A DNA stretch of 64,000 nucleotides from an uncultured Alphaproteobacteria bacterium (GTDB lineage Bacteria; Pseudomonadota; Alphaproteobacteria; Rhizobiales; Xanthobacteraceae), in contig CAWFLQ010000003.1 of assembly GCA_963816745.1 (NCBI GenBank), positions 304,187 to 368,186 of the forward strand, in the 5' to 3' direction. The stretch's first letter is position 1, and each line of letters opens with the position of its first letter. Shown here in pieces: positions 39,694 to 49,595 of the stretch. Both the position numbers and the translations under genes were made by a program. Below the pieces are notes generated by a model. That model searched no databases. It was given only the letters and a program-made list of their open reading frames with translations, and was not told the DNA's origin.

Positions 39694-39715
39694 GGGATGC
39701 GGCCCGGGGGAATGC

Positions 39716-39979
39716 TCAGCCCCCGACGATTCGCGCGGCGACCCGCATCATCTCGGCCTGCAACTGGTCGGCCATGAACGGCAGCGCGACCAGCATCGCG
39801 AGGAACATCGCGATGATCTTCGGCACGAAGACGAGCGTCATCTCCTGCACCTGCGTGAGCGCCTGCAGGAGCGAGATGACGACGCCGACGACGAGGCCGA
39901 CCAGCATCAGCGGGCTCGATACCAGGACGAGCGTCACGATAGCCTCGCGCGCGACGTCCAACACTTCCGGGCCGGTCAT
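39716..39979 (-). CDS. fliQ: Flagellar export apparatus protein FliQ
   Basis: 87 aa: MTGPEVLDVAREAIVTLVLVSSPLMLVGLVVGVVISLLQALTQVQEMTLVFVPKI. Confidence 0.9.
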   Translation of the reverse strand: MTGPEVLDVAREAIVTLVLVSSPLMLVGLVVGVVISLLQALTQVQEMTLVFVPKIIAMFLAMLVALPFMADQLQAEMMRVAARIVGG

Positions 39980-40016
39980 TGTGTGTTCTTTCCCCTTCCC
40001 CGAATCTCTCTCCGAC

Positions 40017-40149
40017 GTCATTCCGGGGCGCGCCGAAAGGCGCGAGCCCGGAATCCATGACCACGGCCTGGGCTTATGGATTCCGGGCTCGCCGCCATAG
40101 CGCGTCGTAGACGCGCGTGAACGCGCTTTCGGCGGCGCCCCGGAATGAC
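40017..40149. repeat. Nested palindromic, MITE/REP-like element between fliQ and fliE
   Basis: Outer arms: GTCATTCCGGGGCGCGCCGAAAGG paired with GCTTTCGGCGGCGCCCCGGAATGAC. Inner arms: GCCCGGAATCCAT paired perfectly with ATGGATTCCGGGC. Confidence 0.75.
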
Positions 40150-40157
40150 AGCCCGCG

Positions 40158-40475
40158 TCAGATCGGCATCCGCATGATTTCCTCGTAGGCCGAGATCACC
40201 TTGTCGCGCACCGCGACCAGCGATTCGATCGCGACCTCGGTCTCCGACACCGCCGTCACCAGGTCGACGACGTTGGCCTTGCCCGTGGCCATGGCCTGCG
40301 TCTGCGCGTCCGATTTACGGCCGGCCTCGAGCACGTTGCCGATGGCGTCCTTGAGGAGCGAGCCGAAGCTCGGGCCCCCCGCGCCGTCGCCCGCGGCCTT
40401 GCCCAGCGCCGCGGACGGATCGGCGAGGCGTGCAAGACTGGAATAGGCACCGGCGGCGGCTGATGGCGTGGTCAT
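40158..40475 (-). CDS. fliE: Flagellar hook-basal body protein FliE
   Basis: 105 aa: ..FGSLLKDAIGNVLEAGRKSDAQTQAMATGKANVVDLVTAVSETEVAIESLVAVRDKVISAYEEIMRMPI. Confidence 0.9.
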   Translation of the reverse strand: MTTPSAAAGAYSSLARLADPSAALGKAAGDGAGGPSFGSLLKDAIGNVLEAGRKSDAQTQAMATGKANVVDLVTAVSETEVAIESLVAVRDKVISAYEEIMRMPI

Positions 40476-40492
40476 GGCAATGCTTCTCCTGA

Positions 40493-40903
40493 TCAGACCT
40501 TGAGGATGTCGAGGGTGCGCTGGATCATCCGGCGCGTTGCCCCGATCACGTTGATGCTGGCCTCATAGGAGCGCTGGGCCTCGCGCATGTCGTGCATCTC
40601 GATCATCGCATTGACGTTGGGATACTTGACGTTGCCGTTGGCATCGGCGGCGGGATGGCCGGGCTCGTGCCGGATGCGGAAGTCGGATGGATCGGTGCGC
40701 ACGCGCCCGAGCGCGACGATGCGCGCGTCGACCGCGCGATCCATCTCGGCACGGAAGGTCGAGATCTTGCGGCGGAACGGGTCGCGGCCCGGCGCCTGCG
40801 CGGTCGAATCGGCGTTGGCGAGGTTCTCGGCGATCACCCGCATGCGGCCGGCCTGCGCGCGCAGGCCCGAGGCCGCGATCGCGATCGATTTCAAGAAGTC
40901 CAT
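40493..40903 (-). CDS. flgC: Flagellar basal-body rod protein FlgC
   Basis: MDFLKSIAIAASGLRAQAGRMRVIAENLANADST...MIEMHDMREAQRSYEASINV. Confidence 0.9.
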   Translation of the reverse strand: MDFLKSIAIAASGLRAQAGRMRVIAENLANADSTAQAPGRDPFRRKISTFRAEMDRAVDARIVALGRVRTDPSDFRIRHEPGHPAADANGNVKYPNVNAMIEMHDMREAQRSYEASINVIGATRRMIQRTLDILKV

Positions 40904-41044
40904 GGCCCCTTTCCCTCGGTCTTGATCGGCCCCGGCCCGCAGCGTGGGCAAAGGGGCGCATCCCGTGACCGCGCCGCGATCGACCGCTTGTTGAGATCGG
41001 TATTGTGCCCGGCGCCTTTGCCCACCCTACGGTGCTCCCCTTGG

Positions 41045-41440
41045 CTACCGTTTGCCGAGCGCGGACTTGATCAGCCCCAGCCCACGCGCATAGAGGGCGG
41101 TCGCGGCCTGGTAGTCCATCTGGTTGGCCGCGACCTTGAGCATCTCATCCTCGAGGTTCACCGCGTTGCCCGCCGGCCGCACCTCGAAATCGCTGCGACC
41201 ATCGAGCTTGAACTGGCCAGCGCCGGCGCCGATGCCGGCCATATGATTTGGGCTGGTGCGCGCCATCGTCACCCCGGTGGACGATTGTCCCCCGTTGAGG
41301 TCCGGCGGCGCGAGGTCGCGCGGCTTGAACTGCGGCGTGTTGGCGTTGGAGACGTTTTCCGACAGAAGCTGCTGACGTTCCTGGTGCCACTGCATGCGGG
41401 TCCGCAGCATGGAAAAGATCGGAATCTGGGATATCGGCAT
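41045..41440 (-). CDS. flgB: Flagellar basal-body rod protein FlgB
   Basis: ..RTRMQWHQERQQLLSENVSNANTPQFKPRDL...NLEDEMLKVAANQMDYQAATALY. Confidence 0.85.
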   Translation of the reverse strand: MPISQIPIFSMLRTRMQWHQERQQLLSENVSNANTPQFKPRDLAPPDLNGGQSSTGVTMARTSPNHMAGIGAGAGQFKLDGRSDFEVRPAGNAVNLEDEMLKVAANQMDYQAATALYARGLGLIKSALGKR

Positions 41441-41811
41441 GGCGCCCCCTCCGGCGGACGACGGCGGCAGATGATCCTGGCGTGGTAGGGCGGTAGAGGC
41501 GCGGCGATCCGTCCTCTCGTCCGTCCCCCTCCGTGGTCCGACCGGGCAGATTTTGCCGGGCACATGGTTAATGGCCGGTTAAGAGCGGTTAGGCGGAGTT
41601 CCGCAGATACCGCCTTCAAACCGCCGCTTACCCAGCAAAAAGTCGGGGACGGTGGATGGAGGCCCGCATGATGAATCTTCGCGCCCTTCTTTCTTAATTC
41701 TTTGTTAGTATTCAGGGCGGCAAATATTGCCGCTGGCGTTAACCATTTGGGCGTCGCCGACCGCCACGCCGGGCGTCTCGGACGCAAGCTCCTGGGGCGC
41801 AGGGAGGACTG

Positions 41812-43122
41812 ATGTTGGACATCTTGTTCGGCGAGGGGCAACTGGCGGTAAAACTCGTCGTCGGCCTCATCGTCGTGATCGGCTTGCTGGCGGCATTCTT
41901 CTGGGGCTTGCGCCGATTCGGCGGCGAGCGCCTCGGCGCCGCCGGAGGTCGCGGACGCCAGCCGCGTTTGGCCGTGATCGACGCGGCCATGGTTGACGGG
42001 CGGCGCCGCCTCGTCCTCATTCGCCGCGACAACGTCGAGCACCTCCTCATCATCGGCGGGCCGACCGACGTCGTGGTCGAGCAGAACATCGTGCGCGCGG
42101 GCGGACCGCCGCGCGAAGCCGTGCCGGTGCGCCCGCCGACCGCGGCCGATGCGCTGCCGCGCCCGGTGCCGCTCGGCGAAGGCAACATGTGGCCGCTGCA
42201 GCCCGAGCCCGCGCCGCGAGAACTTGCACCACGAGACCCCTCGACGAGAGAGCCTGCCGCAAGAGAGCCGGCTCCGAGAGATTCTATTCCAAGAGATCCC
42301 ATTCCGAGAGATCCCATTCCAAGAGATTCCGCGCCGAGGGAGCCCGCTCCGCGAGAGCTCGCAGCGCGTCCGGAGCCGCCGCTTCGCCTCGAGCCGACGA
42401 TGCGCGCCGAGCCCGCCCCGCGCAGCGAGCCGCGGCCGCAACGTTCGGCTCCGCCGCCGCTGGCGATGCCGGTCGCCGAAGAGCCGATGGACTGGTCCGC
42501 CGAGCCCGAGCCGCCGCCACTTCCGCCGCCGCCGCGCGAGCGCAGGCCCCGCACCGCCGACCCGTTGGCCGGACTGGCGGAAGAGCTGGCGCGCGTGCCG
42601 GCAGCTCCCGTGCCGAGCGATATCGAGGAAGCGCCGCGTCAGCAGGAAGCGCCGCGTCAACCGCCGCCGCCGCGACGCGCCGCGCGGCCGCAACCGGCGC
42701 CGCCCGCGCCTGCGCCGGCTGCACAGCCCGCCCCTGCCCCCGCCGCGGCCGACGCGCAGTTCAATTCGGCCGCCGACCAGAATCTCGCCGAGATGGCGCA
42801 ACGGCTGGAGGCGGCATTGCGCCGTCCGGCCAGAACCGACGACGCCCGGCCGCCCGCCCAGAGTGCGCCACAAGCCGCGCCAGCAGCCGCACCAAAGGCA
42901 GCGCCCGAGCCGCAACCGGCCGACGAGGCCGAGGAATTCACATTCGCGCCACCCGCGGCACCCTCCCCACCGCCCGCACGGGCGGCGGAAGCCGGGCGGC
43001 CCGCGCGCGCCGACGCGAAGCCTGGGCGCTCGGATGCCAAGCCGGCGCCGCAGAAATCGCTCTACGACAGCCTCGAACAGGAGATGGCTAGCTTGCTGGG
43101 CCGTCCGAACACCAAGCCTTGA
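41812..43122 (+). CDS. fliO: FliO-like flagellar biosynthesis protein with a very long Pro/Ala/Arg-rich extension
   Basis: N-terminal TM: LVVGLIVVIGLLAAFFWGL. FliO-like core: RLAVIDAAMVDGRRRLVLIRRDNVEHLLIIGGPTDVVV. The gene lies directly upstream of, and overlaps, fliP. About 350 aa of low complexity includes PRD(P/S)I repeats. Confidence 0.7.
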   Translation: MLDILFGEGQLAVKLVVGLIVVIGLLAAFFWGLRRFGGERLGAAGGRGRQPRLAVIDAAMVDGRRRLVLIRRDNVEHLLIIGGPTDVVVEQNIVRAGGPPREAVPVRPPTAADALPRPVPLGEGNMWPLQPEPAPRELAPRDPSTREPAAREPAPRDSIPRDPIPRDPIPRDSAPREPAPRELAARPEPPLRLEPTMRAEPAPRSEPRPQRSAPPPLAMPVAEEPMDWSAEPEPPPLPPPPRERRPRTADPLAGLAEELARVPAAPVPSDIEEAPRQQEAPRQPPPPRRAARPQPAPPAPAPAAQPAPAPAAADAQFNSAADQNLAEMAQRLEAALRRPARTDDARPPAQSAPQAAPAAAPKAAPEPQPADEAEEFTFAPPAAPSPPPARAAEAGRPARADAKPGRSDAKPAPQKSLYDSLEQEMASLLGRPNTKP

Positions 43123-43892
43123 CGGCATCGGCAATCGCCCGCCGCGTTCGTCTCGCGACGGTGGTGGGCGGTGTAGCAGTCGTTCTCCTGACGGCGGCGT
43201 CGGCGGCCGTCGCGCAGGACATCAGCATCAATTTCGGCCAGGGCGCCGGGCAAGGCGGCGGCCTGACCGAACGCGTCATCCAGCTGGTCGCGTTCCTGAC
43301 GGTGCTGTCGCTGGCGCCGTCGATCCTGATCATGATGACGTCGTTCACGCGCATCGTCGTCGTGCTCTCGCTGCTGCGCACCGCGCTCGGCACCGCGACG
43401 GCGCCACCCAACGCCGTCATCGTGGCGCTCGCGCTGTTTCTCACCGCCTTCGTGATGGGCCCGGCGCTGCAGCGCGCCTACGACGCCGGCATCCGCCCGC
43501 TCATCAACAACGAGATCACCGTCGAGCAGGCCTTCGAGCGCGCGTCCGAGCCGCTCAAGGTGTTCATGCAGAAGAACGTGCGCGAGAAGGACCTGGCGCT
43601 CTTCGCCGACCTGTCGCGCGAGCCGCGGCCGGCGACGCCCGAGCAGATGTCGCTGCGCATTCTGGTGCCGGCCTTCATGATCTCGGAGCTCAAACGCGCC
43701 TTCGAGATCGGATTCCTGCTGTTTCTCCCCTTTCTGATCATCGACCTCGTGGTGGCGTCGGTGCTGATGTCCATGGGCATGATGATGCTGCCGCCGGTCG
43801 TCGTCTCGCTGCCGTTCAAGCTGATCTTCTTCGTGCTGGTCGACGGCTGGAGCCTGGTGGCGGGAAGCCTGATCCAGAGCTACGGGACGTAA
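43119..43892 (+). CDS. fliP: Flagellar export apparatus protein FliP
   Basis: ..LTVLSLAPSILIMMTSFTRIVVVLSLLRTALGT...FMISELKRAFEIGFLLFLPFLIIDLVVASVLMSMGMMMLPP. Confidence 0.9.
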   Translation: MTASAIARRVRLATVVGGVAVVLLTAASAAVAQDISINFGQGAGQGGGLTERVIQLVAFLTVLSLAPSILIMMTSFTRIVVVLSLLRTALGTATAPPNAVIVALALFLTAFVMGPALQRAYDAGIRPLINNEITVEQAFERASEPLKVFMQKNVREKDLALFADLSREPRPATPEQMSLRILVPAFMISELKRAFEIGFLLFLPFLIIDLVVASVLMSMGMMMLPPVVVSLPFKLIFFVLVDGWSLVAGSLIQSYGT

Positions 43893-43918
43893 GCGTTGGT
43901 GCCACGATCTCGGTGCGC

Positions 43919-43941
43919 CCCCTCCCCCTGAAAGGGGGAGG
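43919..43941. repeat. Perfect 9-bp-stem hairpin element (CCCTCCCCC TGAAA GGGGGAGGG) downstream of fliP
   Basis: Read directly from the sequence. It may act as a terminator between convergent genes. Confidence 0.7.
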
Positions 43942-44075
43942 GTCGGGGTGGGGGTCATCCGACAATCTAACGTGTCAACCCCACCCACGGCTGCACGTAG
44001 CCCAAGCAAAGACTTTGAGTGTCATCTTCGGTGCTGCAAGTCGCTCCGATGCGCTGCTCCGTGACCCCCTCCCCA

Positions 44076-44098
44076 ACCCTCCCCCTTTCAGGGGGAGG
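44076..44098. repeat. Inverted copy of the same hairpin element (CCCTCCCCC TTTCA GGGGGAGGG)
   Basis: Same stem; the loop is the reverse complement of the loop of the 43919 copy. Confidence 0.7.
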
Positions 44099-44159
44099 GA
44101 GCAGACCGAGTTCGGGGAGAGCGAGCAGACCGAGTCTGCTGCTCGCACTCGAGTTCAGC

Positions 44160-47100
44160 TTACCGAAAGCGCTGGGGCGGCAGCAGCGAGTCGGCAACCG
44201 CCTTGGCCGGCGCGCGCGGCGTCACGTTGCGCGTCGCGCTGCCTGTCGTCGTCGGTTCGCCTTTTCGGCTTTGCGCCGCAAGCTCGTTGCGTGGCTGGGC
44301 CGGCGATGCCGCGGCGGCGGTCTCCGGATAGCGGGTGCGCAGGTCGCGCAGGAACGCGTCGAGGGTATCGATCGCGGCGATCGAGCGCGCCAGCTCGCGG
44401 AACTCGGAGCCGTTCGCCTCGATCGGCGCGGTGACGACGTCGAAGGCGTGGCGGTCGGGGCCGTTCCCGATCTTGCCGGCGTATTTCTCGCGCAGGCGGC
44501 CCAGCCCGATCGGATCCTCGCCCAGCACGAAGCCGATGCCGGCGCGCAGGATGTCGCGGCGCTCGTCGGCGGCGAGCGGCTGGAATTCGCGCCAGCGGTC
44601 GCCGTAGAGCAGCTCGAGCTCCTCGGCGGCTTCGCGCCAGCGCTTGCTCGCCCACAGAATGTCGGCCCGCAGCCTGATCTTCTCGCGCCCCGGGATGTTG
44701 GCGACGACCTCGAGCGCGACGTCGTTCCGGCCGAGATCGGACAGCGCGCGCGCCTCGAGCAGGAGGCGCTGGTTGCGTAGCTCGCTGGTGATGTCGGCCG
44801 TGCGGGTGGCCCGCAAGGTGGCGAGCGTGCGGTCGGGCTTGCGGTTCATCAGGTAGATGACGGCAAGGCGGGTGGCGACCTGCGCGCGCGCGGCGCCCTG
44901 CAGGCGATGGTCCACCTGGTGCTGCAAGAGCTCGGCCGCCTGCTCGAGCAGATCGACCGACACGAGCCGGTCGGCCAGCCGCCGGATCATCTCGTCGCCG
45001 CGCCGGCCAATCGGGGTGAGCTCGCGGAAATCGTAGAACAGGCTGAGCGCGCCGACCGCCGGCATCGCGTCACCCTTGCCGGCCAGGAACAGGCTGTCGA
45101 AGGTCTCCGCCGCCTCGTCGTGGATGCGGCGCGTCATGTCGGAATTGGGATGCGCGGCGAGCGCGATGCGCATGACATGGAAGGCGTCGCGATGGCGGCC
45201 CTCCTCGGCATAGAGGCGAGCAAGCAGATGCAGCGCCTCGACCTCGGTCTCATCGCCGCGCCAGGTCGTGGTGAGCGCCTCGAGTGCGGCGGTGGCCTCG
45301 GTGCGCGGGATCTTGCCGAGCGCGTACTGCAAGATGAGCTCGCGCAGCCGGCCCTGCGCGGCCACCGGGCGGTCCCATGAATCGGCGGCGGCCTGATAGG
45401 CCCGCAGCGCGTCGTCCTTGCGGCCGAGTCCTTCCGCGATGCGCCCCGAGAGCACCGAAAGCGGCGCCTCGAGCTCGCGCGGAATGCCGACCGCCTCGAA
45501 CTCGCGCATCTGCCGCACCGCGCCGGCGATGTCGCCGACCTCGACCGCGGCGCGCACGATATCCTTGAGCATCATCCGCTGCACGTCGAGCGGCAGCGTC
45601 CCCATCGCGAGGCCGGCGGCGCTGAAGCCCTCGCGCGCCTCGCTCCATTTGCCCTGCCGGGCATAGACCACGGCCCGCCAGAGCGGCGCGTCGTGCTGAT
45701 TGCCGACGAGCGGATGGGCAAGGTCCTTGAGCGCAGCGTCGAGCCGGCCGATCATGATATCGGCGAAGGCGCGCAACACGAGCGGGGTGGAATCCTCGGC
45801 GGTCGGCGGGCTGTCCGCGAGCGCGACGTCGAGCACCGCCTTGGCCTCGACGCCCATGCCGCGGGCGAGATAGAAGCGCGCAAGATCGGCGCGCGCGAGC
45901 GGGCGCTTGGGCTCCGGCGCCTCGGCGGCGAGGCGGACCAGTTGAGAGTAGCGCTGATTGAAATCGGCCTGGCGGTCGAGGTCCCAGACCTGCGCGTGCA
46001 GCACATGCGGCTGGTAGACGTTGTTGTCGCCCGCCCGCGTGCTGCCGTTGACGGCGGCCGACAGAACCAGCCCCGCCGGCCGCGTGATGACGATCTTGTC
46101 GAACGCGAGCTCGGCGCCGAGATCGTCCGCGATCGGCTGCACGACCACGCCGTGGGTCGAGGCCAGCGCGCGGAACTCGACGAAATCCTGGTTCTTGACG
46201 AAGCCCCGGGCGGGCCCGAGCGCGGTCACGACGAGCAGGGCATCGCCGGCCTCGGGATCGGCCACGCGATGGAGCCGGCGCGCATCATCGAACGGGATGG
46301 TGATGCTCGAACGCGTCGACCCGATGATGTTGCGGCTGATGCGGACCGGCCGCGTCGGCTCGATCACCTCGCCGCCAAGGGTGACGGTCCAGGTCGGGCC
46401 GTCGGTGGCGGCGCTCACCAGCCGCGGCCGTTCGAGCTTGACCCGCACCACGGCGGCGTCGTCCCGCCGCGTGACGGTCGCGCTCTTGACGGTGCCACTG
46501 GCGTCGCCGTCGATGCTGTCGAGCACGATCTCGGCGCCGGTGTCGAACACGAGCCAGAGCGTGTCGGCGCGGGAGAATACGGCGGCCGGTGTCGGGCTCG
46601 CGAATGGGAACAGCAGGTTCAAGTTGTCGCCTTGCCGCTTCATCGCGACATGGACGGGCGCCTTGTCGGCGGCAGGCGACGCGGCGGCGACCGCGGATGC
46701 CGGCGGCGGCAATGCCGGCGCGACGTCGGGCTTGGTCGCGCTTTCCTTGATCGCGCTTTCCTTCACGACGTTGTCTTGCGTCGCGGCGCGATGGCGCGGC
46801 CGCTGGCCGAGCGGGCAAGGCCGCCTCGACCGGCGGCGCAGGGACGGCAGGCGGCGCGGGCGCGGCCGCTTCGTCGGTCGCCCGCCCCGATGGCGTCGGC
46901 GGTGGCGCCGGCATGGTTTGCGGCGCCTCGAAGCCCGCGGGTGGCGTTCTGCTGCGGGCCGCCAGCTCCATGGCGGTCGCGGCCAATTCGTCGGGCTTGA
47001 TCGCCCGCTCCTGCCGCTCGCTTCTCGACTCCATCGGCGTGACGTCAACGACATAGCTCAAGTCTTCGCGGAAGGTGCGCACATCCACCTTGCCCGCGAA

Positions 47101-47904
47101 GATGAAGCGCACTACGGCGGAGTCCTGGTCGATCTCGGTATCGACCGCGCCGATCACGCCCGGCAGCGCCGCCTTGGCGTCGGCGAGATCGAACTTGAGC
47201 AGCGCATCGAAGGTCAGCGTCAGCTTGTCCTTGCTGTTGTTGGCGGAAACGCCGATCAGCTCCGGCAATTCGAATACGTAGCGCGTGAACGTCGGCTGGG
47301 TGGCGATGCGGACCCGGATGGGCGTCAGCTTGCTCTGCCGGGTGAGCTGGCGCTGCTGGCGCACCTTCTGGTCGGCGTCGCGGGCACGCCGGGCGAGATC
47401 CTCGATCACCTCGCGCGGAAGGCCGGGCGGCAGCCCGCTCCAATCCTCCGGCAGCAGGTCGATGAACAGCCGCTCGGCCGCGGACATGGAATTCACCGTC
47501 ACCTTGCGGGCGAGCGCGATGCGCAGTCCCTTGCCGTCGGGGTCGCGGCGCGCCGCGCTGACGATGCCGGACAGGTTCGTATTCAGCCGTTCGAGGACGA
47601 CATCGACCGGACGCCGGAAGGTGACGACGATGATGCCGTTGTTGAGCTTGACCGTCGACTCGACGTCCTCGGCGAGGGTGAAGACGATGCGCGCAAAGCC
47701 GTTCTCGACGGTGGCGCTGACCTCGCCCTTGACCGGCTGCTGGGCGGCGGCCGGCAACGACACGGCGAGCACGGGCAGGAGAAGGAACGCGGCAAGCGAA
47801 AAAACGCGAATCGCGGCGTGCCGAATGGTACGCCGCGCGAACGCCAACTCACTCACCACGCGAAATTCTTTCACGTCAAAACCGCCCGGCCGGGGCGCCG
47901 TCAC
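44160..47904 (-). pseudogene. Very large secreted TPR-repeat protein adjoining the flagellar cluster; one apparent frameshift in a Pro/Ala linker
   Basis: The N-terminal frame (47904 down to about 46800) has the signal ..LAAFLLLPVLAVSLPAAAQQ and beta-rich modules, then PAPPVEAALPARPAAAPS. The sensible sequence resumes in another frame at ..ATQDNVVKESAIKESATKPD..APVHVAMKRQGDNLNLLFPF.. and continues through a long TPR region to 44160. Both frames stay open well past the junction. Confidence 0.65.
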
Positions 47905-48306
47905 GCGCAGCGCCTGCCGCAGCTTCGAAGCCTAGGACCGTGCGTTTAATGGCACGTTAGCAAAAACACACTTTGCCGGCATGGCTACGTTATTGAATTG
48001 TTAAGCATTTTCGAGTTCGCCCGGCAGGCTATTGAATGCTGATTGAATCTAGCCCAGCCATGGCCGCGACTTGCACCGGCGGTGCCGGGCGCTTATGTTG
48101 GGGTTCTAAAGCCACGACCCCCGCCCCTGGCGATTTATTCGGGGCAGCCATTTCCCCCCGGCCTTCTGGCCCCTGGGGTTTGGTGCCCGGCGAGGTGGGT
48201 CCCTAAAGCGATCGACAAAAATCGCACGTTCGGCATTCGTGCCGGCGAAGGGACCATCCATGACGATATCCCCAATCTTAAGTCGGAGCCGAAGCGCACC
48301 AGCGCC

Positions 48307-48564
48307 ATGTTGGTGCGCAAGGTCGAGGTCGCCCGCGTGCTTGGCGTCAGCGTCTGGTCAATCGACCGTTGGTGCCGGGCCGGCACCTTTCCCAAGCCAA
48401 TCTTCATCACCGACCACGCGCCGGCACGGTGGAGGCTGCGCGACATTGAGAATTGGGTCGAGCAGAAGCGCCGCAGCCGCCGCCGCACCACCCACCCCGG
48501 CCAAGCCAACCTGAAACGGACTACGCGCCGGGATTCGACGACCCGCTCAAAACGGCGCGCCTAA
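48307..48564 (+). CDS. AlpA/excisionase-type HTH regulator
   Basis: MLVRKVEVARVLGVSVWSIDRWCRAGTFPKPIFITDHAPARWRLRDIENWV. Confidence 0.7.
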   Translation: MLVRKVEVARVLGVSVWSIDRWCRAGTFPKPIFITDHAPARWRLRDIENWVEQKRRSRRRTTHPGQANLKRTTRRDSTTRSKRRA

Positions 48565-48566
48565 AA

Positions 48567-49595
48567 ATGCCCGGGAAGAATCTCGCAAAAGCTCTCGGCG
48601 GGGAAGTCACGCCCTTCCGTCCCCAGGACGCCAGAAGGCGCGAGGGGCAGGCCAATGCCATCAAGGAATATGCCCGCGCCGTGAAGGATTGGGCGATGCT
48701 CGACAAGGCCGTCAACCAGCAGATCAGCGACCAGCGCAGCTTGGTTTCGTGGTGGCGCAAGAATGTCTCGATGCGGCACGGGGCTGGCAGGGCGAAAAAG
48801 AACGCCGACCTACGTTCTTTAATTTCGCTGGAGCAGGCGGAAAAGCTGACCAAATTCTCGCAGCAGACAATCTCAAAGTTCGGCACACGGCTCCAAGACC
48901 TGCCGGCCTACAAGGAACTGTTGCGCGGTCCATCCTATCGCCGGGCCATGATGGAGCGCGGGTCGGGTTACTACAAGGCGTCGGGCACGGGTGAGTTTGA
49001 ATGGTACACGCCGGCTGAATATGTCGAGCGCGTCCGGCAGGTGCTAGGCAGCGTTGACCTCGATCCAGCCACCTGTGCCGCCGCACAGAAGATCGTCAAG
49101 GCCAAACGTTTTTTCACCAAGAAGGAAGACGGGCTCAAACAGGAATGGCCCGGCCGGGTCTGGCTGAATCCGCCTTATGCACAGCCTGGAATCGCGCACT
49201 ACGTGAGCAAGCTGTGCCGAGAATATGTTGCGGGTCGCACGGCCGAAGCAGTGCTACTCACGCACAATCACACCGACACAGTCTGGTTTCATGAGATTGC
49301 CAAGCATGCGGCTGCCATCTGTTTTACCCGTGGCCGGGTGAAATTCTATCGAGGCAAAACGATTGCGGCGCCGACTATAGGACAAGCCTTTTCCTATTTC
49401 GGCGATCACGTCGACAAGTTTGCCATCGCATTTGCCGATATCGGATTCATTGTCGAGCCAATGAAGATTGCGCAACGGCTGGTGGCTGACCGACCCCCGA
49501 ATGCCAGGAGGCGGCGGGGCGGCGATCCGCTACGCAGGATCGAGATTGCACGTCGCCGCCGACGTGAGAAGCACAAAACGAACGGGAGCGCGTAA
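48567..49595 (+). CDS. Phage-type DNA N6-adenine methyltransferase (Dam family) with an N-terminal extension
   Basis: ..EWYTPAEYVERVRQVLGSVDLDPA..GRVWLNPPYAQPG.. (NPPY catalytic motif). Confidence 0.75.
   Translation: MPGKNLAKALGGEVTPFRPQDARRREGQANAIKEYARAVKDWAMLDKAVNQQISDQRSLVSWWRKNVSMRHGAGRAKKNADLRSLISLEQAEKLTKFSQQTISKFGTRLQDLPAYKELLRGPSYRRAMMERGSGYYKASGTGEFEWYTPAEYVERVRQVLGSVDLDPATCAAAQKIVKAKRFFTKKEDGLKQEWPGRVWLNPPYAQPGIAHYVSKLCREYVAGRTAEAVLLTHNHTDTVWFHEIAKHAAAICFTRGRVKFYRGKTIAAPTIGQAFSYFGDHVDKFAIAFADIGFIVEPMKIAQRLVADRPPNARRRRGGDPLRRIEIARRRRREKHKTNGSA

Noticed and set aside
37753-39777. 674-aa ORF on the + strand across flhB/fliR
   Set aside because: It is antisense to two conserved flagellar genes, and its sequence is repetitive Arg/Asp/His-rich nonsense.
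41269-44434. Very long Arg-rich ORFs (41269..43134 on the - strand, 41993..44434 on the + strand)
   Set aside because: These are alternative frames or strands of the Pro-rich fliO-like gene and of fliP. The composition (poly-Arg/Pro/Ser) is an artefact of GC-rich repeats.
46021-47949. 642-aa ORF on the + strand
   Set aside because: It is antisense to the TPR/secreted protein gene and has no motifs.
47905-48306. Searched for a tRNA gene, att repeat or integrase fragment at the left edge of the phage-like element
   Set aside because: No cloverleaf-compatible sequence, no match to the right-hand junction and no integrase-like ORF was found. The in-frame extension of the AlpA ORF (from 48043) looks non-coding.
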